Positions 26,753-35,621 of a stretch of DNA of 64,000 nt are shown in pieces. Both the position numbers and the translations under genes were made by a program. The notes below the pieces were generated by a model that was not told the DNA's origin, did not search any database, and worked only from the letters and a program-made list of their open reading frames with translations. The stretch covers positions 10,100 through 74,099 of the forward strand of contig CAZVTA010000001.1 in the NCBI GenBank assembly GCA_964629815.1, given 5' to 3'. Position 1 is the first letter of the stretch; each line of letters starts with the position of its first letter. This stretch comes from an uncultured Candidatus Saccharibacteria bacterium (lineage in GTDB: Bacteria > Patescibacteriota > Saccharimonadia > Saccharimonadales > AWTP1-31).

Positions 26753-27794
26753 TGTTGAGTAGCTCTTGTTCGAAATGCTGGAGTTCAGCAATGAGATCGT
26801 CTATGTCGCCATTGAGGGCAGCGGGTATATTGCTGCGACTATAGCCAATGCGGTGATCCGTTATACGATCCTGAGGAAAGTTGTATGTTCGTATTTTTTC
26901 GCTTCTGTCTCCCGAGCCAATAAGTTTTTTTCTTGCATCGGATAGTTTTGCTTGTTCTTCTTCTATTTTCTGCGCGAGCAGACGAGAGCGAAGCACGCCC
27001 AGTGCTTTTTCTTTATTTTTTATCTGACTTTTTTCATCTTGGCAGGTAACAACAAGACCAGTCGGGATGTGTGTGATGCGAACTGCCGAGTCGGTTGTAT
27101 TGACCGATTGACCACCGTGCCCGCTACTGCGGTATACATCAATGCGAAGCTCGCTAGCGTTTATTTCTATATCGGTCTCTTCCGCTTCGGGTAAGACGGC
27201 TACGGTAACAGTGCTAGTATGTATGCGTCCTTGGCTCTCGGTGCTTGGTACACGCTGTACTCGGTGCACACCAGCCTCAAACTTTAGATTCTTGTAGGCG
27301 TCTTCGCCTCGTATGCCAAATATAATTTCTTTAAATCCGCCAACTTCGCTTGGACTTTCGCTAATGATTTCTGCTTTTAAGCCTTTGGCTTCGGCCCAGC
27401 GCGTGTACATTCTGAATAGATCGCCCGCGAAGAGGCTTGCTTCGTCTCCTCCGGCTGCAGCGCGGATCTCTACAATGACATCACGGTTATTGTTTGGATC
27501 TTTGGGGATTAAGAGTTCCTTAAGTGTGGCCTCGACAGCTATTTTTTTGTCAGCAAGCTCTTCGAGCTCAATCTGGGCTAGTTCTGCAAGTTCGCCACCT
27601 GATTCGACAAGTTTACGCGCATCATCAATCTGCGACTCTATATCGTGTAACTTATTGAATACTGATAGAATATCTTCTATTTCTTTCTGGCGTTTGGCAA
27701 GCTTAGGGTAGCTTTTTGATGCAAAGATAGCAGGGTCATCGAGACGAACTTTAATATCTTTTAGCTCTTGTCGGAGTGTTTCTTCTTTATTCAT
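26739..27794 (-). CDS. prfA: Peptide chain release factor 1
   Basis: GGQ motif (SGHGGQSVN) and RF1-type tripeptide PST ([10 protein letters not shown]). Confidence 0.96.
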   Translation of the reverse strand: MNKEETLRQELKDIKVRLDDPAIFASKSYPKLAKRQKEIEDILSVFNKLHDIESQIDDARKLVESGGELAELAQIELEELADKKIAVEATLKELLIPKDPNNNRDVIVEIRAAAGGDEASLFAGDLFRMYTRWAEAKGLKAEIISESPSEVGGFKEIIFGIRGEDAYKNLKFEAGVHRVQRVPSTESQGRIHTSTVTVAVLPEAEETDIEINASELRIDVYRSSGHGGQSVNTTDSAVRITHIPTGLVVTCQDEKSQIKNKEKALGVLRSRLLAQKIEEEQAKLSDARKKLIGSGDRSEKIRTYNFPQDRITDHRIGYSRSNIPAALNGDIDDLIAELQHFEQELLNNENQ

Positions 27795-27810
27795 TATGCT
27801 CTTTAGTATA

Positions 27811-27847
27811 CAAAAACCGTCTTACAATGGAAGGATGTAAGACGGTT
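27811..27847 (-). terminator. Rho-independent terminator after rpmE (minus strand)
   Basis: Perfect 11-bp inverted repeat ACCGTCTTACA (27816-26) / TGTAAGACGGT (27836-46) with a 9-nt loop. The A-run at 27812-16 on the plus strand is a U-run on the minus strand. Confidence 0.8.
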
Positions 27848-27862
27848 GCATTGTCCTGTGTG

Positions 27863-28198
27863 TTATTGTTTGGCTTCGCTGGCTTCTTTTTTTGCTGCAG
27901 TGCGAGCAGTCTTCTTGCTTGCAGCCTTTGCTCGTTGTTCGCGCGCTGCTTTTGCTGCTTCTGCACGTGCTTTAAATTTGTCGACGCGGCCTTCAATGTC
28001 AACAAGCTTTTCTTGACCGGTGAAGAAGGGGTGAGAGGCACTGCTAATGTGCACACTTACGAGTGGGTACTCGTTGCCGTCTTCCCATGTGATTGTCTCA
28101 TCCGTTGCTACAGTTGAACGAGTTAAAAAGGTCGTTCCGTTGTTCAAGTCCTTGAATACAACTGTACGGTAAGTGTTTGGGTGTAAATCTTTTTTCAT
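27863..28198 (-). CDS. rpmE: 50S ribosomal protein L31 (non-zinc type B-like) with a long basic C-terminal extension
   Basis: [10 protein letters not shown]...HPFFTG core without CxxC. About 40 extra Lys/Ala-rich residues at the C-terminus. Confidence 0.9.
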   Translation of the reverse strand: MKKDLHPNTYRTVVFKDLNNGTTFLTRSTVATDETITWEDGNEYPLVSVHISSASHPFFTGQEKLVDIEGRVDKFKARAEAAKAAREQRAKAASKKTARTAAKKEASEAKQ

Positions 28199-28388
28199 AA
28201 TCAGAGTGGTATTATACAGCGCAAACTTACTTCGGTCAACACTTTATACAGATTGCTTGTGTAATAGCAGTATATCTGGTAGAATAGAAGCATTATTCAT
28301 TAAGCAGGATATCGAAGATAATCCTCCCATGCCAGATCGTGTAGGCTGGTTTTGGGGAAGTCGATACTCCGAAGAGAAAGGATTTACC

Positions 28389-29111
28389 ATGGCATCAACA
28401 GATGTTGATATCAAAAAATTATTAGAGGCTGGTGCTCATTTTGGACACAAGACAAGCCGTTGGCACCCTAAGATGGCGCCTTATATTCATAGCAAGCGCG
28501 AGGGCACGCATATTATTGATCTCACCAAGACTGTCGAAGGTCTAGATGCGGCGCTTGATTTTGTAGCAAAGTCGGTTGCAGCCGGGAATCAGGTTTTGTT
28601 TGTTGGTACAAAACGACAAGCAAAAGACATCGTTAAGGCAGCGGCAGAAGAAGTAAACATGCCTTATGTTACTGAGCGTTGGCTCGGAGGTATGCTTACG
28701 AATCGTCAAACTATGGGCGAGCGCATCAAGCACCTCAAGGAACTTGAGTCAAAGATGGCGTCTGGGCAATTGGCAAACAAGTACAATAAGCTCGAGTTGC
28801 AGCGTTTTCAGGAAGAAATTGATCAGCTTAACTTATTGTATGGCGGCATCAAAGAAATGGCTGTACGTCCCGGTGTCGTTTTCGTGGTTGACATCATCAC
28901 AGAGAATAACGCAGTAAAAGAAGCAAACAAGCTTGGCATTAAGACAGTTGCAATTGCAGATACAAACACTGATCCTTCATCGGTAACGTATCCAATACCT
29001 GCGAACGATGACGCTATTAAGACGCTACAACTTATCGTTGATTATGTGAAACAAGCAGTGCTCGATGGTAAATCGAAGCAAAAGACAAGCGCAAAAGAGG
29101 AGGATAAGTAA
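28389..29111 (+). CDS. rpsB: 30S ribosomal protein S2
   Basis: LLEAGAHFGHKTSRWHPKM begins just after ATG 28389. The track's 5' extension (28173) overlaps rpmE and is not S2-like. Confidence 0.95.
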   Translation: MASTDVDIKKLLEAGAHFGHKTSRWHPKMAPYIHSKREGTHIIDLTKTVEGLDAALDFVAKSVAAGNQVLFVGTKRQAKDIVKAAAEEVNMPYVTERWLGGMLTNRQTMGERIKHLKELESKMASGQLANKYNKLELQRFQEEIDQLNLLYGGIKEMAVRPGVVFVVDIITENNAVKEANKLGIKTVAIADTNTDPSSVTYPIPANDDAIKTLQLIVDYVKQAVLDGKSKQKTSAKEEDK

Positions 29112-29708
29112 ATGGCGATTTCGCTAGAAGACGTCAAGCGACTCAAGGATCTAACAGGAGTTGGCCTTACGGATGCAAAAAAGGCGCTCGAAGAGGCTCA
29201 GGGTGATTTTGACAAGGCGCTCGAAGCAATGCGCAAGAAAGGTCTTACTAAAGCAGAGAAGCGTGGTGAGCGAGAGGCGCGAGCAGGTGTAATTGGTACA
29301 TACAATCACGATGGCCGTATTGGTGTTCTCGTTGAAGTTAACTGCGAAACGGATTTTGTGGCTCGCAATGATATTTTTACTGATCTCGTAAAAGATATAG
29401 CAATGCATATTGCTGCCAGCGCTCCGGAATATGTAACAGTGGATGATGTGCCCAGTGATGTTCAGCAAAAGATAGCAGAAGAGTTCAAAGAAAAGGTTAT
29501 AAATGAAGGTAAGCCTGAGGCGATGGCTGACCAGATTGTTGCTGGTATGCTCAAGAAATACTTCGCCGAGCGTTGTTTGCTTGATCAGCCATATATCAAG
29601 AACCCAGACGTGACCGTAGGCGAGTACCTTAAAGAGCATATCGCTAAGCTGGGCGAGAATATAGTAGTGCGAAGATTTAGCCGAATTGCACTTGGCGAAG
29701 TCGCCTAG
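29112..29708 (+). CDS. tsf: Elongation factor Ts (short form)
   Basis: UBA-like N-terminus VKRLKDLTGVGLTDAKKALEEAQGDFDKALEAMRKKG, then VEVNCETDFVARN. Sits in rpsB-tsf order. Confidence 0.95.
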   Translation: MAISLEDVKRLKDLTGVGLTDAKKALEEAQGDFDKALEAMRKKGLTKAEKRGEREARAGVIGTYNHDGRIGVLVEVNCETDFVARNDIFTDLVKDIAMHIAASAPEYVTVDDVPSDVQQKIAEEFKEKVINEGKPEAMADQIVAGMLKKYFAERCLLDQPYIKNPDVTVGEYLKEHIAKLGENIVVRRFSRIALGEVA

Positions 29709-29763
29709 TTGAATTAGACGTAATTAGATACAATACGTAGGTAATTAAAAGGACGCACTATTC

Positions 29764-30327
29764 ATGGATACAGCTCGCATAGTCACAGATGCTAAAGATA
29801 AGTTCACACAAGCCGTTGCGCATCTAGAAGAGGACTTAAAAAAACTACGCACTGGTCGTGCGAGCGCTGCTATGTTAGATGGTGTAGTGGTTGAGGCTTA
29901 TGGCTCAGCCATGCCACTTGTTCAGGTGGCGTCTGTATCGGCTCCAGAGGCGCAGCTTTTGCAGATTACCCCCTTCGACCCTAATAATATTCAGGCAATT
30001 AGTGCTGCCATTCGCGCTAATGAGTCTCTGGGCTTAAACCCTATGGATGATGGGCGAGTTGTACGCGTACCTATTCCAGCGTTAACAGAGGAAAGGCGCA
30101 GAGACATTACTCGTCAGGTTGGGGCAAAGCTCGAGGACTGTATGATCAGAATGAGGAACGTGCGACACGATAGTCTAGCCGAAATTGAGAAATCAAAAAA
30201 AGACAAAGCAATTGGCGAAGATGAAGCAAAGCGACTTGTGTCTCAAGTTGAAGAGGCTATGAGTCTGGCAAAGCAAACTGCAGACCAGGCTGCAAAAGAT
30301 AAAGAAAAGGAAATAATGACCCTTTAA
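29764..30327 (+). CDS. frr: Ribosome recycling factor
   Basis: 187 aa with LRTGRASAAMLD and PIPALTEERRRD motifs. Confidence 0.95.
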   Translation: MDTARIVTDAKDKFTQAVAHLEEDLKKLRTGRASAAMLDGVVVEAYGSAMPLVQVASVSAPEAQLLQITPFDPNNIQAISAAIRANESLGLNPMDDGRVVRVPIPALTEERRRDITRQVGAKLEDCMIRMRNVRHDSLAEIEKSKKDKAIGEDEAKRLVSQVEEAMSLAKQTADQAAKDKEKEIMTL

Positions 30328-30350
30328 CAGGGCCATAGTCTTTTTTTACA

Positions 30351-31046
30351 ATGGCACAGACTGAATCAATACCAGCCCATCTCGGATTGATTCTTGACGG
30401 TAATCGCAGGTGGGCAAAAGCTCATGGCTTGCCGCAGCTCGAAGGTCATCGTAAAGGGTACGAGAATCTTAAAACAATTACACTTGAAGCGGTTGCGCAG
30501 GGCGTGCAATATGTGTCTGCCTATGTTTTTTCTACCGAAAACTGGAAGCGAAGCAAAGAAGAAGTTGATTATCTAATGAAGCTGTTGCTTTGGGTGGCAA
30601 GACACGAAGTAAAGATTCTCGACGAACATGATATTAAGGTGGTGTTTGCGGGCTCGCGCACCCAACTTTCTAAAGAAGTGATTGCTGCGATTGAGAAGGC
30701 TGAAGCGCGCACCGCACACAATCGTAAAGGTACATTGGTACTTTGTCTGAACTATGGTGGGCAGGACGAAATCATTGATGCGATCAATGAGATGTTTAAA
30801 GAACACGCAAATGGCGAGCCTGTAACAAAGGAGCTCTTTGAACAATATTTGTATGCGCCAGATGTACCTCCGGTTGATCTAGTGATACGCACGTCGGGTG
30901 AGCACAGAATTAGCAATTTTATGCTCTGGCGTTCGGCATATGCAGAGCTACTGTTTAGCGATGTTTTGTGGCCGGAATTTTCAAAACAAGATTTGAATGA
31001 AGCGCTTCATTGGTATGCAAAAAGAAGCCGACGTTTTGGTGCATAA
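30351..31046 (+). CDS. uppS: Undecaprenyl diphosphate synthase (cis-prenyltransferase)
   Basis: DGNRRWA and IRTSGEHRISNFMLWRSAYAEL motifs. Confidence 0.94.
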   Translation: MAQTESIPAHLGLILDGNRRWAKAHGLPQLEGHRKGYENLKTITLEAVAQGVQYVSAYVFSTENWKRSKEEVDYLMKLLLWVARHEVKILDEHDIKVVFAGSRTQLSKEVIAAIEKAEARTAHNRKGTLVLCLNYGGQDEIIDAINEMFKEHANGEPVTKELFEQYLYAPDVPPVDLVIRTSGEHRISNFMLWRSAYAELLFSDVLWPEFSKQDLNEALHWYAKRSRRFGA

Positions 31047-31085
31047 AGCATAGGGTACCATCCATAGATACGGTATACTTGTTGT

Positions 31086-32210
31086 ATGAGTATTCTATTA
31101 TTAATTTTTGCAATTATCCTTTTTGTCGGACTGGTTGTAGCGCATGAGTTCGGTCACTATATTGCGGCCCGCAGGGGAAGTATAGATGTTGAGGAATTTG
31201 GGATTGGTTTTCCTCCAAAGTTATGGGCCAGAAAACTAAAAAACGGAACGCTGTTTACGCTTAATGTGCTTCCGCTTGGAGGGTTTGTTCGCTTGAAGGG
31301 TGAACATGATTCGGCTACGGCCAAAGGTAGTTTTGGGGCGGCACCACTTAAAACGAAAATATCCGTTATGCTCGCAGGAGTAGGAATGAATCTTGTGGTT
31401 GCATATATACTTCTGACTATTGTTGCTCTGATAGGGATGCCACAAATTATCAAGAATCAGTACAGTGTCGCTTCAGATGCGCGAATAAATCGTCAGGAAG
31501 TCTTGGTAGGCTTTGTTGAGTCTGATTCGCCTGCGCAAAAAGCTGGGTTGCGCCAGCGGGATAGACTGGTCTCGTTTGTAGTTGATGGTTCGGAAAAAGT
31601 AATAGCCAGCGCAGATGAGCTACCTCTATTAACTGAACAGCTAGCAGGAAAAAGTGTCGTGCTTGTTTACCAAAGAGATACGAAACGCATCGAATCGACT
31701 TTGATGTTGCGATCCACAGAAGAGGTAGAAAAAAGTAAAGAAACGCAAAATCCAAAAGGGTATTTAGGAATTTCTCCTACGGACTATTCTCTGCAAAGGT
31801 ACACATGGTCTGCGCCGGTTGTGGCTGCCGGAGTGGCGTATCAGTTTACTACTGAAACATTCCGTGGACTCGGAAAGGCGTTGTGGGCTGTATTGACGGC
31901 TAATGGCTCAGAAGCAAGCAGTCAGGTGTCTGGTCCGGTCGGTATAGTCGTGTTGCTAAAGGATGGTAGCTCGCTTGGTATGCAATTTGTCTTGATGATA
32001 ATCGCAATTATTTCGCTGACACTTGCAATTATGAATGTACTTCCCATACCTGCGCTCGATGGCGGAAGACTTTTTGTTACGCTATGGTACCGTATGCGCA
32101 AACGGGTTTTAACCCAGGAGACCGAAGAAAAAATACATGGTATTGGTTTTGCGATTTTGATGCTGCTACTGATAATGATTACATTCGTTGATATAAGGCG
32201 ATTTTTCTAA
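31086..32210 (+). CDS. rseP: Site-2 protease RseP (M50 family) with a PDZ domain
   Basis: HEFGH at the N-terminus, PDZ (SPAQKAGLRQRDRLV), and NVLPIPALDGG motif. Confidence 0.92.
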   Translation: MSILLLIFAIILFVGLVVAHEFGHYIAARRGSIDVEEFGIGFPPKLWARKLKNGTLFTLNVLPLGGFVRLKGEHDSATAKGSFGAAPLKTKISVMLAGVGMNLVVAYILLTIVALIGMPQIIKNQYSVASDARINRQEVLVGFVESDSPAQKAGLRQRDRLVSFVVDGSEKVIASADELPLLTEQLAGKSVVLVYQRDTKRIESTLMLRSTEEVEKSKETQNPKGYLGISPTDYSLQRYTWSAPVVAAGVAYQFTTETFRGLGKALWAVLTANGSEASSQVSGPVGIVVLLKDGSSLGMQFVLMIIAIISLTLAIMNVLPIPALDGGRLFVTLWYRMRKRVLTQETEEKIHGIGFAILMLLLIMITFVDIRRFF

Positions 32211-33044
32211 ATGAGTATCGAGATTTTGCTGTATGCATGGTCTCTTGTCGGGCTAGCATCATTCATCGACCGTGTGCATAGAAACGAATCAAAGTCTGAC
32301 GGTCATGGCAAATTTGGTCGTATGTTTGAGATAGTTGGAGTAACGCTGTTTATCTACTATGTATCTCAAATTTTGGGTTCTATGGTTGCGTATATATATC
32401 CAGCGCTGCGCGGCTGGGATGCAACACAAGCATTTGATTGGTTTGAGCGGTCTTCGTTCGGGCAATTCATCTTGATCTTTAGCATTGATGTGTGGACGAT
32501 TGGACTGCTTTCTTTGGTCTTGAGATTGCAGAAACTGTCGATGAGAAGCATTGGACTTCGTGGTAAACCAAAACTCGTTGATCTAGGGTATGTATTGGCT
32601 GGCTTTGCAGCGTATTTTTTGATTTATGCTGTACTTTCATCGATTCTTGATAGATTTGTTGGTGGATTTGATTTACTGCAAAAACAAGAGATTGGCTTTA
32701 CGGGCGTGTCTGGCATGGGGCTTGTGGCTGCATTCTTCAGCTTGGTTATTTTGCCGCCGGCTGTAGAAGAGGTACTAACGAGAGGATTCTTGTTTTCGTC
32801 ACTCCGGAAACATCTTCCGTATATAACGAGTGCGGTTATTACGAGCGTGTTATTTGGCATAGCTCATTTACAGCCAGGACTGAACAAACCTTTGCTCTGG
32901 GTGGCGGCTCTAGATACTTTTATACTATCTATGGTACTAGTTTGGATAAGAGAGAAACGAGGCAATCTGTGGGCCTGTATGGGGCTGCACATGTTAAAGA
33001 ACCTTATCGCGTTTCTTGCGATATTTATCTTTAAGATTACATAG
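32211..33044 (+). CDS. CPBP-family intramembrane glutamic endopeptidase (CAAX protease-like)
   Basis: EEVLTRGFLF (EExxxR), FGIAH (FxxxH) and HMLKN (HxxxN) motifs in a polytopic protein. Confidence 0.85.
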   Translation: MSIEILLYAWSLVGLASFIDRVHRNESKSDGHGKFGRMFEIVGVTLFIYYVSQILGSMVAYIYPALRGWDATQAFDWFERSSFGQFILIFSIDVWTIGLLSLVLRLQKLSMRSIGLRGKPKLVDLGYVLAGFAAYFLIYAVLSSILDRFVGGFDLLQKQEIGFTGVSGMGLVAAFFSLVILPPAVEEVLTRGFLFSSLRKHLPYITSAVITSVLFGIAHLQPGLNKPLLWVAALDTFILSMVLVWIREKRGNLWACMGLHMLKNLIAFLAIFIFKIT

Positions 33045-33117
33045 TTTTTTGATAAGAAGTAGAGCGAAGCAGAAAGAGATAGTACAATAAACAAGAATAA
33101 AACCATAAAGAGGTGTT

Positions 33118-34374
33118 ATGCGATTATCCCAACTATTTACGAAGACTAGTAAAACAGTTCCTGCAGATGAAACAGCACGCAATGCGCAGCTGCTTATTAA
33201 GGCCGGATTTATCTACAAAGTTATGGCTGGGGTATATGCGTATACACCCTTAGGGCTTCGCGTTGTCGAAAACATTAAACAGATTGTTCGTGAAGAAATG
33301 AATGCGATCGGCGGGCAAGAGTTAATTATGACGAATCTCCAGCCGCAAGAACCCTGGGCGATGACGACGCGTTGGGACGAAAAGATTGTTGATGTGTGGT
33401 TTAAGACAAAGCTTCAAGACGGTACAGAGCTGGGCTTGGCTTGGTCGCACGAAGAAGCGATTTTGGATATGATGCGCCAATTTGTTAAGAGCTACAAAGA
33501 CTTACCGATATACGCCTATCAGTTCCAAACTAAGCTCCGTAATGAGCTGCGTGCAAAAAGTGGCATAATGCGTGGTCGTGAATTTGTCATGAAGGATATG
33601 TATTCATTATGTACGGATGCTGATCAACACGAACAGATCTATCAGGCGTGCATCGACGCCTATAAGCGCATTTTTGATAAGCTTGGCATCGGTGACATAA
33701 CTTACGTGACATTTGCCAGCGGTGGTGCTTTTACGAAGTTTAGTCATGAATTTCAAACAATTTGTGATGCCGGCGAAGACGTTATCTACTTGCATCGTGA
33801 GAAAAACATTGCAGTTAACGAAGAGGTGCTCGATGAAGAGAACTTACAGAATCTTGGCATTAAACGCGAAGAGTTAGAAGAGGTTAAAAGCGCAGAAGTG
33901 GGCAATATTTTTAATTTTGGTACAGAAAAAGCCGAACAAATGGGCGTTACGTTCATGGACAAGGAAGGTAAACAGCAGCCGGTATTTCTTGGATCTTATG
34001 GTATTGGAGTGACGCGTTTAATGGGCGTTATTGCCGAGCTCATGAGTGATGACAAGGGTCTAGTCTGGCCAGAAAATATTGCGCCCGCTCGCGTCTATAT
34101 TGCTCAATTAGGTGTAGAGGGGTCCGTTGTGACTGCGGCCGAGCAGTTGTACGAAAAACTGAGCAAGAATGGTATCGAAGCTATGTACGATGACAGAGAT
34201 GTTCGTCCTGGACAAAAAATGGCTGACGCTGACTTGTTGGGTATGCCATATCGGGTTGTCGTGAGTCAGAAGACGGTTGCAGATGGTGTGTTTGAAATAA
34301 AAAAGCGAACAGAAAACGATGTTCGTATGATGAACATTGATGGTATACTTGAATTCCTGTCCAATGCGAATTGA
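33118..34374 (+). CDS. proS: Prolyl-tRNA synthetase, bacterial-type N-terminus but lacking the INS editing domain (418 aa)
   Basis: MRLSQLFTKT...ARNAQLLIKAGFI...GLRVVENI..REEM N-terminus, class II motifs, C-terminal anticodon-binding domain. Only 418 aa. Confidence 0.88.
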   Translation: MRLSQLFTKTSKTVPADETARNAQLLIKAGFIYKVMAGVYAYTPLGLRVVENIKQIVREEMNAIGGQELIMTNLQPQEPWAMTTRWDEKIVDVWFKTKLQDGTELGLAWSHEEAILDMMRQFVKSYKDLPIYAYQFQTKLRNELRAKSGIMRGREFVMKDMYSLCTDADQHEQIYQACIDAYKRIFDKLGIGDITYVTFASGGAFTKFSHEFQTICDAGEDVIYLHREKNIAVNEEVLDEENLQNLGIKREELEEVKSAEVGNIFNFGTEKAEQMGVTFMDKEGKQQPVFLGSYGIGVTRLMGVIAELMSDDKGLVWPENIAPARVYIAQLGVEGSVVTAAEQLYEKLSKNGIEAMYDDRDVRPGQKMADADLLGMPYRVVVSQKTVADGVFEIKKRTENDVRMMNIDGILEFLSNAN

Positions 34375-34428
34375 TAGCGTTATAATAAACCCGAATTACT
34401 ACGACGGTTACCCGATAAGGAGAATAAT

Positions 34429-34890
34429 ATGAAAAAGCAATTTCACTTAACTAAAGAAGGTGTAGAAGAATTACAGACGGAGCTTGAGTCTTTGGTATCG
34501 CAGCGCGGACCAATCGCCGAACGTATCAAGACAGCTCGTGAGTTTGGTGATTTAAGCGAAAATGCTGAGTACAGTGCTGCACGCCAAGAGCAAGAGCGCA
34601 CCGAAATGCGCATTAGCGAAATTGAGCACATCTTACAGAATGTTGAAATCATCAAGAAGCCAAAGGGCGATAGCAAGGTTCAACTTGGCTCAACGGTAAA
34701 GCTTAAGTCGGACGCAGGTAAAACCAAAGAATTTCAGGTCGTTGGCACTGTTGAGGCAGATCCACTGAACGGCAAAATTTCAGATGAATCCCCAATCGGG
34801 ATTGCCCTTATGGGCAAGAAAGAAGGCGACAGCGTAGAAATCTCTACGCCAGCTGACACAACGACGTATAAGATTATCGATATAGCGTAG
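34429..34890 (+). CDS. greA: Transcription elongation factor GreA
   Basis: Coiled-coil N-terminus with FGDLSENAEY, and a C-terminal FKBP-like domain ISDESPIGIALMGKKEGD. SD AAGGAG lies upstream. Confidence 0.95.
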   Translation: MKKQFHLTKEGVEELQTELESLVSQRGPIAERIKTAREFGDLSENAEYSAARQEQERTEMRISEIEHILQNVEIIKKPKGDSKVQLGSTVKLKSDAGKTKEFQVVGTVEADPLNGKISDESPIGIALMGKKEGDSVEISTPADTTTYKIIDIA

Positions 34891-34926
34891 TTCTCATAAG
34901 CACTTTTTGCTATACTAACCCAGACT

Positions 34927-35619
34927 ATGATTGAAGTTGTTGGTGTTACAAAACAATATGGTAAGAAACAGAATACGTTCACCGCTCTTAAAGACGTTAG
35001 TTTCTCTATACCAAAGGGCGCAACGGTCGCAATTGTAGGTAAAAGTGGATCAGGCAAGTCAACGCTCATGCACATTATGAGTGGCCTCGATCATCCAACG
35101 AACGGAACGGTAGCTATAAATGGAATGGTGCTTCAGGGTATGAAGCCAAAACAGATGGACCGGTTTCGTGCACAAGAAATGAGTTTTATCTTCCAGGCCT
35201 TTTTTATTGAAGCAAACCAGACGTGCTATCAGAATGTTATGCTGCCATTAGAGATTGCAAGGGTTGGCAGGAGGCTACGAAAGGCGAAGGTCGAAATGGC
35301 ACTTGAGGCTGTCGATCTTATCGAGAAAGTTAATGAAAAAGCCGTGAATCTTTCAGGCGGACAAAAACAAAGGCTGGCAATCGCTCGTTCTATCGTGAAT
35401 GAGCCAAAACTTATCTTTGCAGATGAGCCAACAGGAAACCTCGATAGCGCAACAGGAGATAAAATTATTAAGCTGTTATTCGATCTTAACAAAACACTTG
35501 GTGCTACGTTGGTCATCGTTACGCATGACCAAGAGCTTGCAGACCAATGTCAAATCCAGCTTGTCATGAAGGACGGACAGCTCAATGAGGTAAGACAAAA
35601 ACGAAGGGTAAAGAAATAG
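34927..35619 (+). CDS. ABC transporter ATP-binding protein (MacB/LolD-like)
   Basis: Walker A GKSGSGKST, signature LSGGQKQRLAIARS, Walker [12 protein letters not shown]. Confidence 0.92.
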   Translation: MIEVVGVTKQYGKKQNTFTALKDVSFSIPKGATVAIVGKSGSGKSTLMHIMSGLDHPTNGTVAINGMVLQGMKPKQMDRFRAQEMSFIFQAFFIEANQTCYQNVMLPLEIARVGRRLRKAKVEMALEAVDLIEKVNEKAVNLSGGQKQRLAIARSIVNEPKLIFADEPTGNLDSATGDKIIKLLFDLNKTLGATLVIVTHDQELADQCQIQLVMKDGQLNEVRQKRRVKK

Positions 35620-35621
35620 GC

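Noticed and set aside
27776-28117. 113-aa Cys/Phe-rich plus-strand ORF
   Set aside because: It is antisense shadow of rpmE and the rpmE terminator region. Its composition is an artefact of the complement of Lys/Ala codons.
28199-28388. 190-bp rpmE/rpsB divergent region as an S2 autoregulatory leader or small ncRNA
   Set aside because: A plausible promoter exists (TTGTGT 28257-62, 17 nt, TAGAAT 28280-85), giving a leader of about 100 nt. I could find only short 4-bp helices and nothing resembling a known rpsB leader, so the evidence is insufficient.
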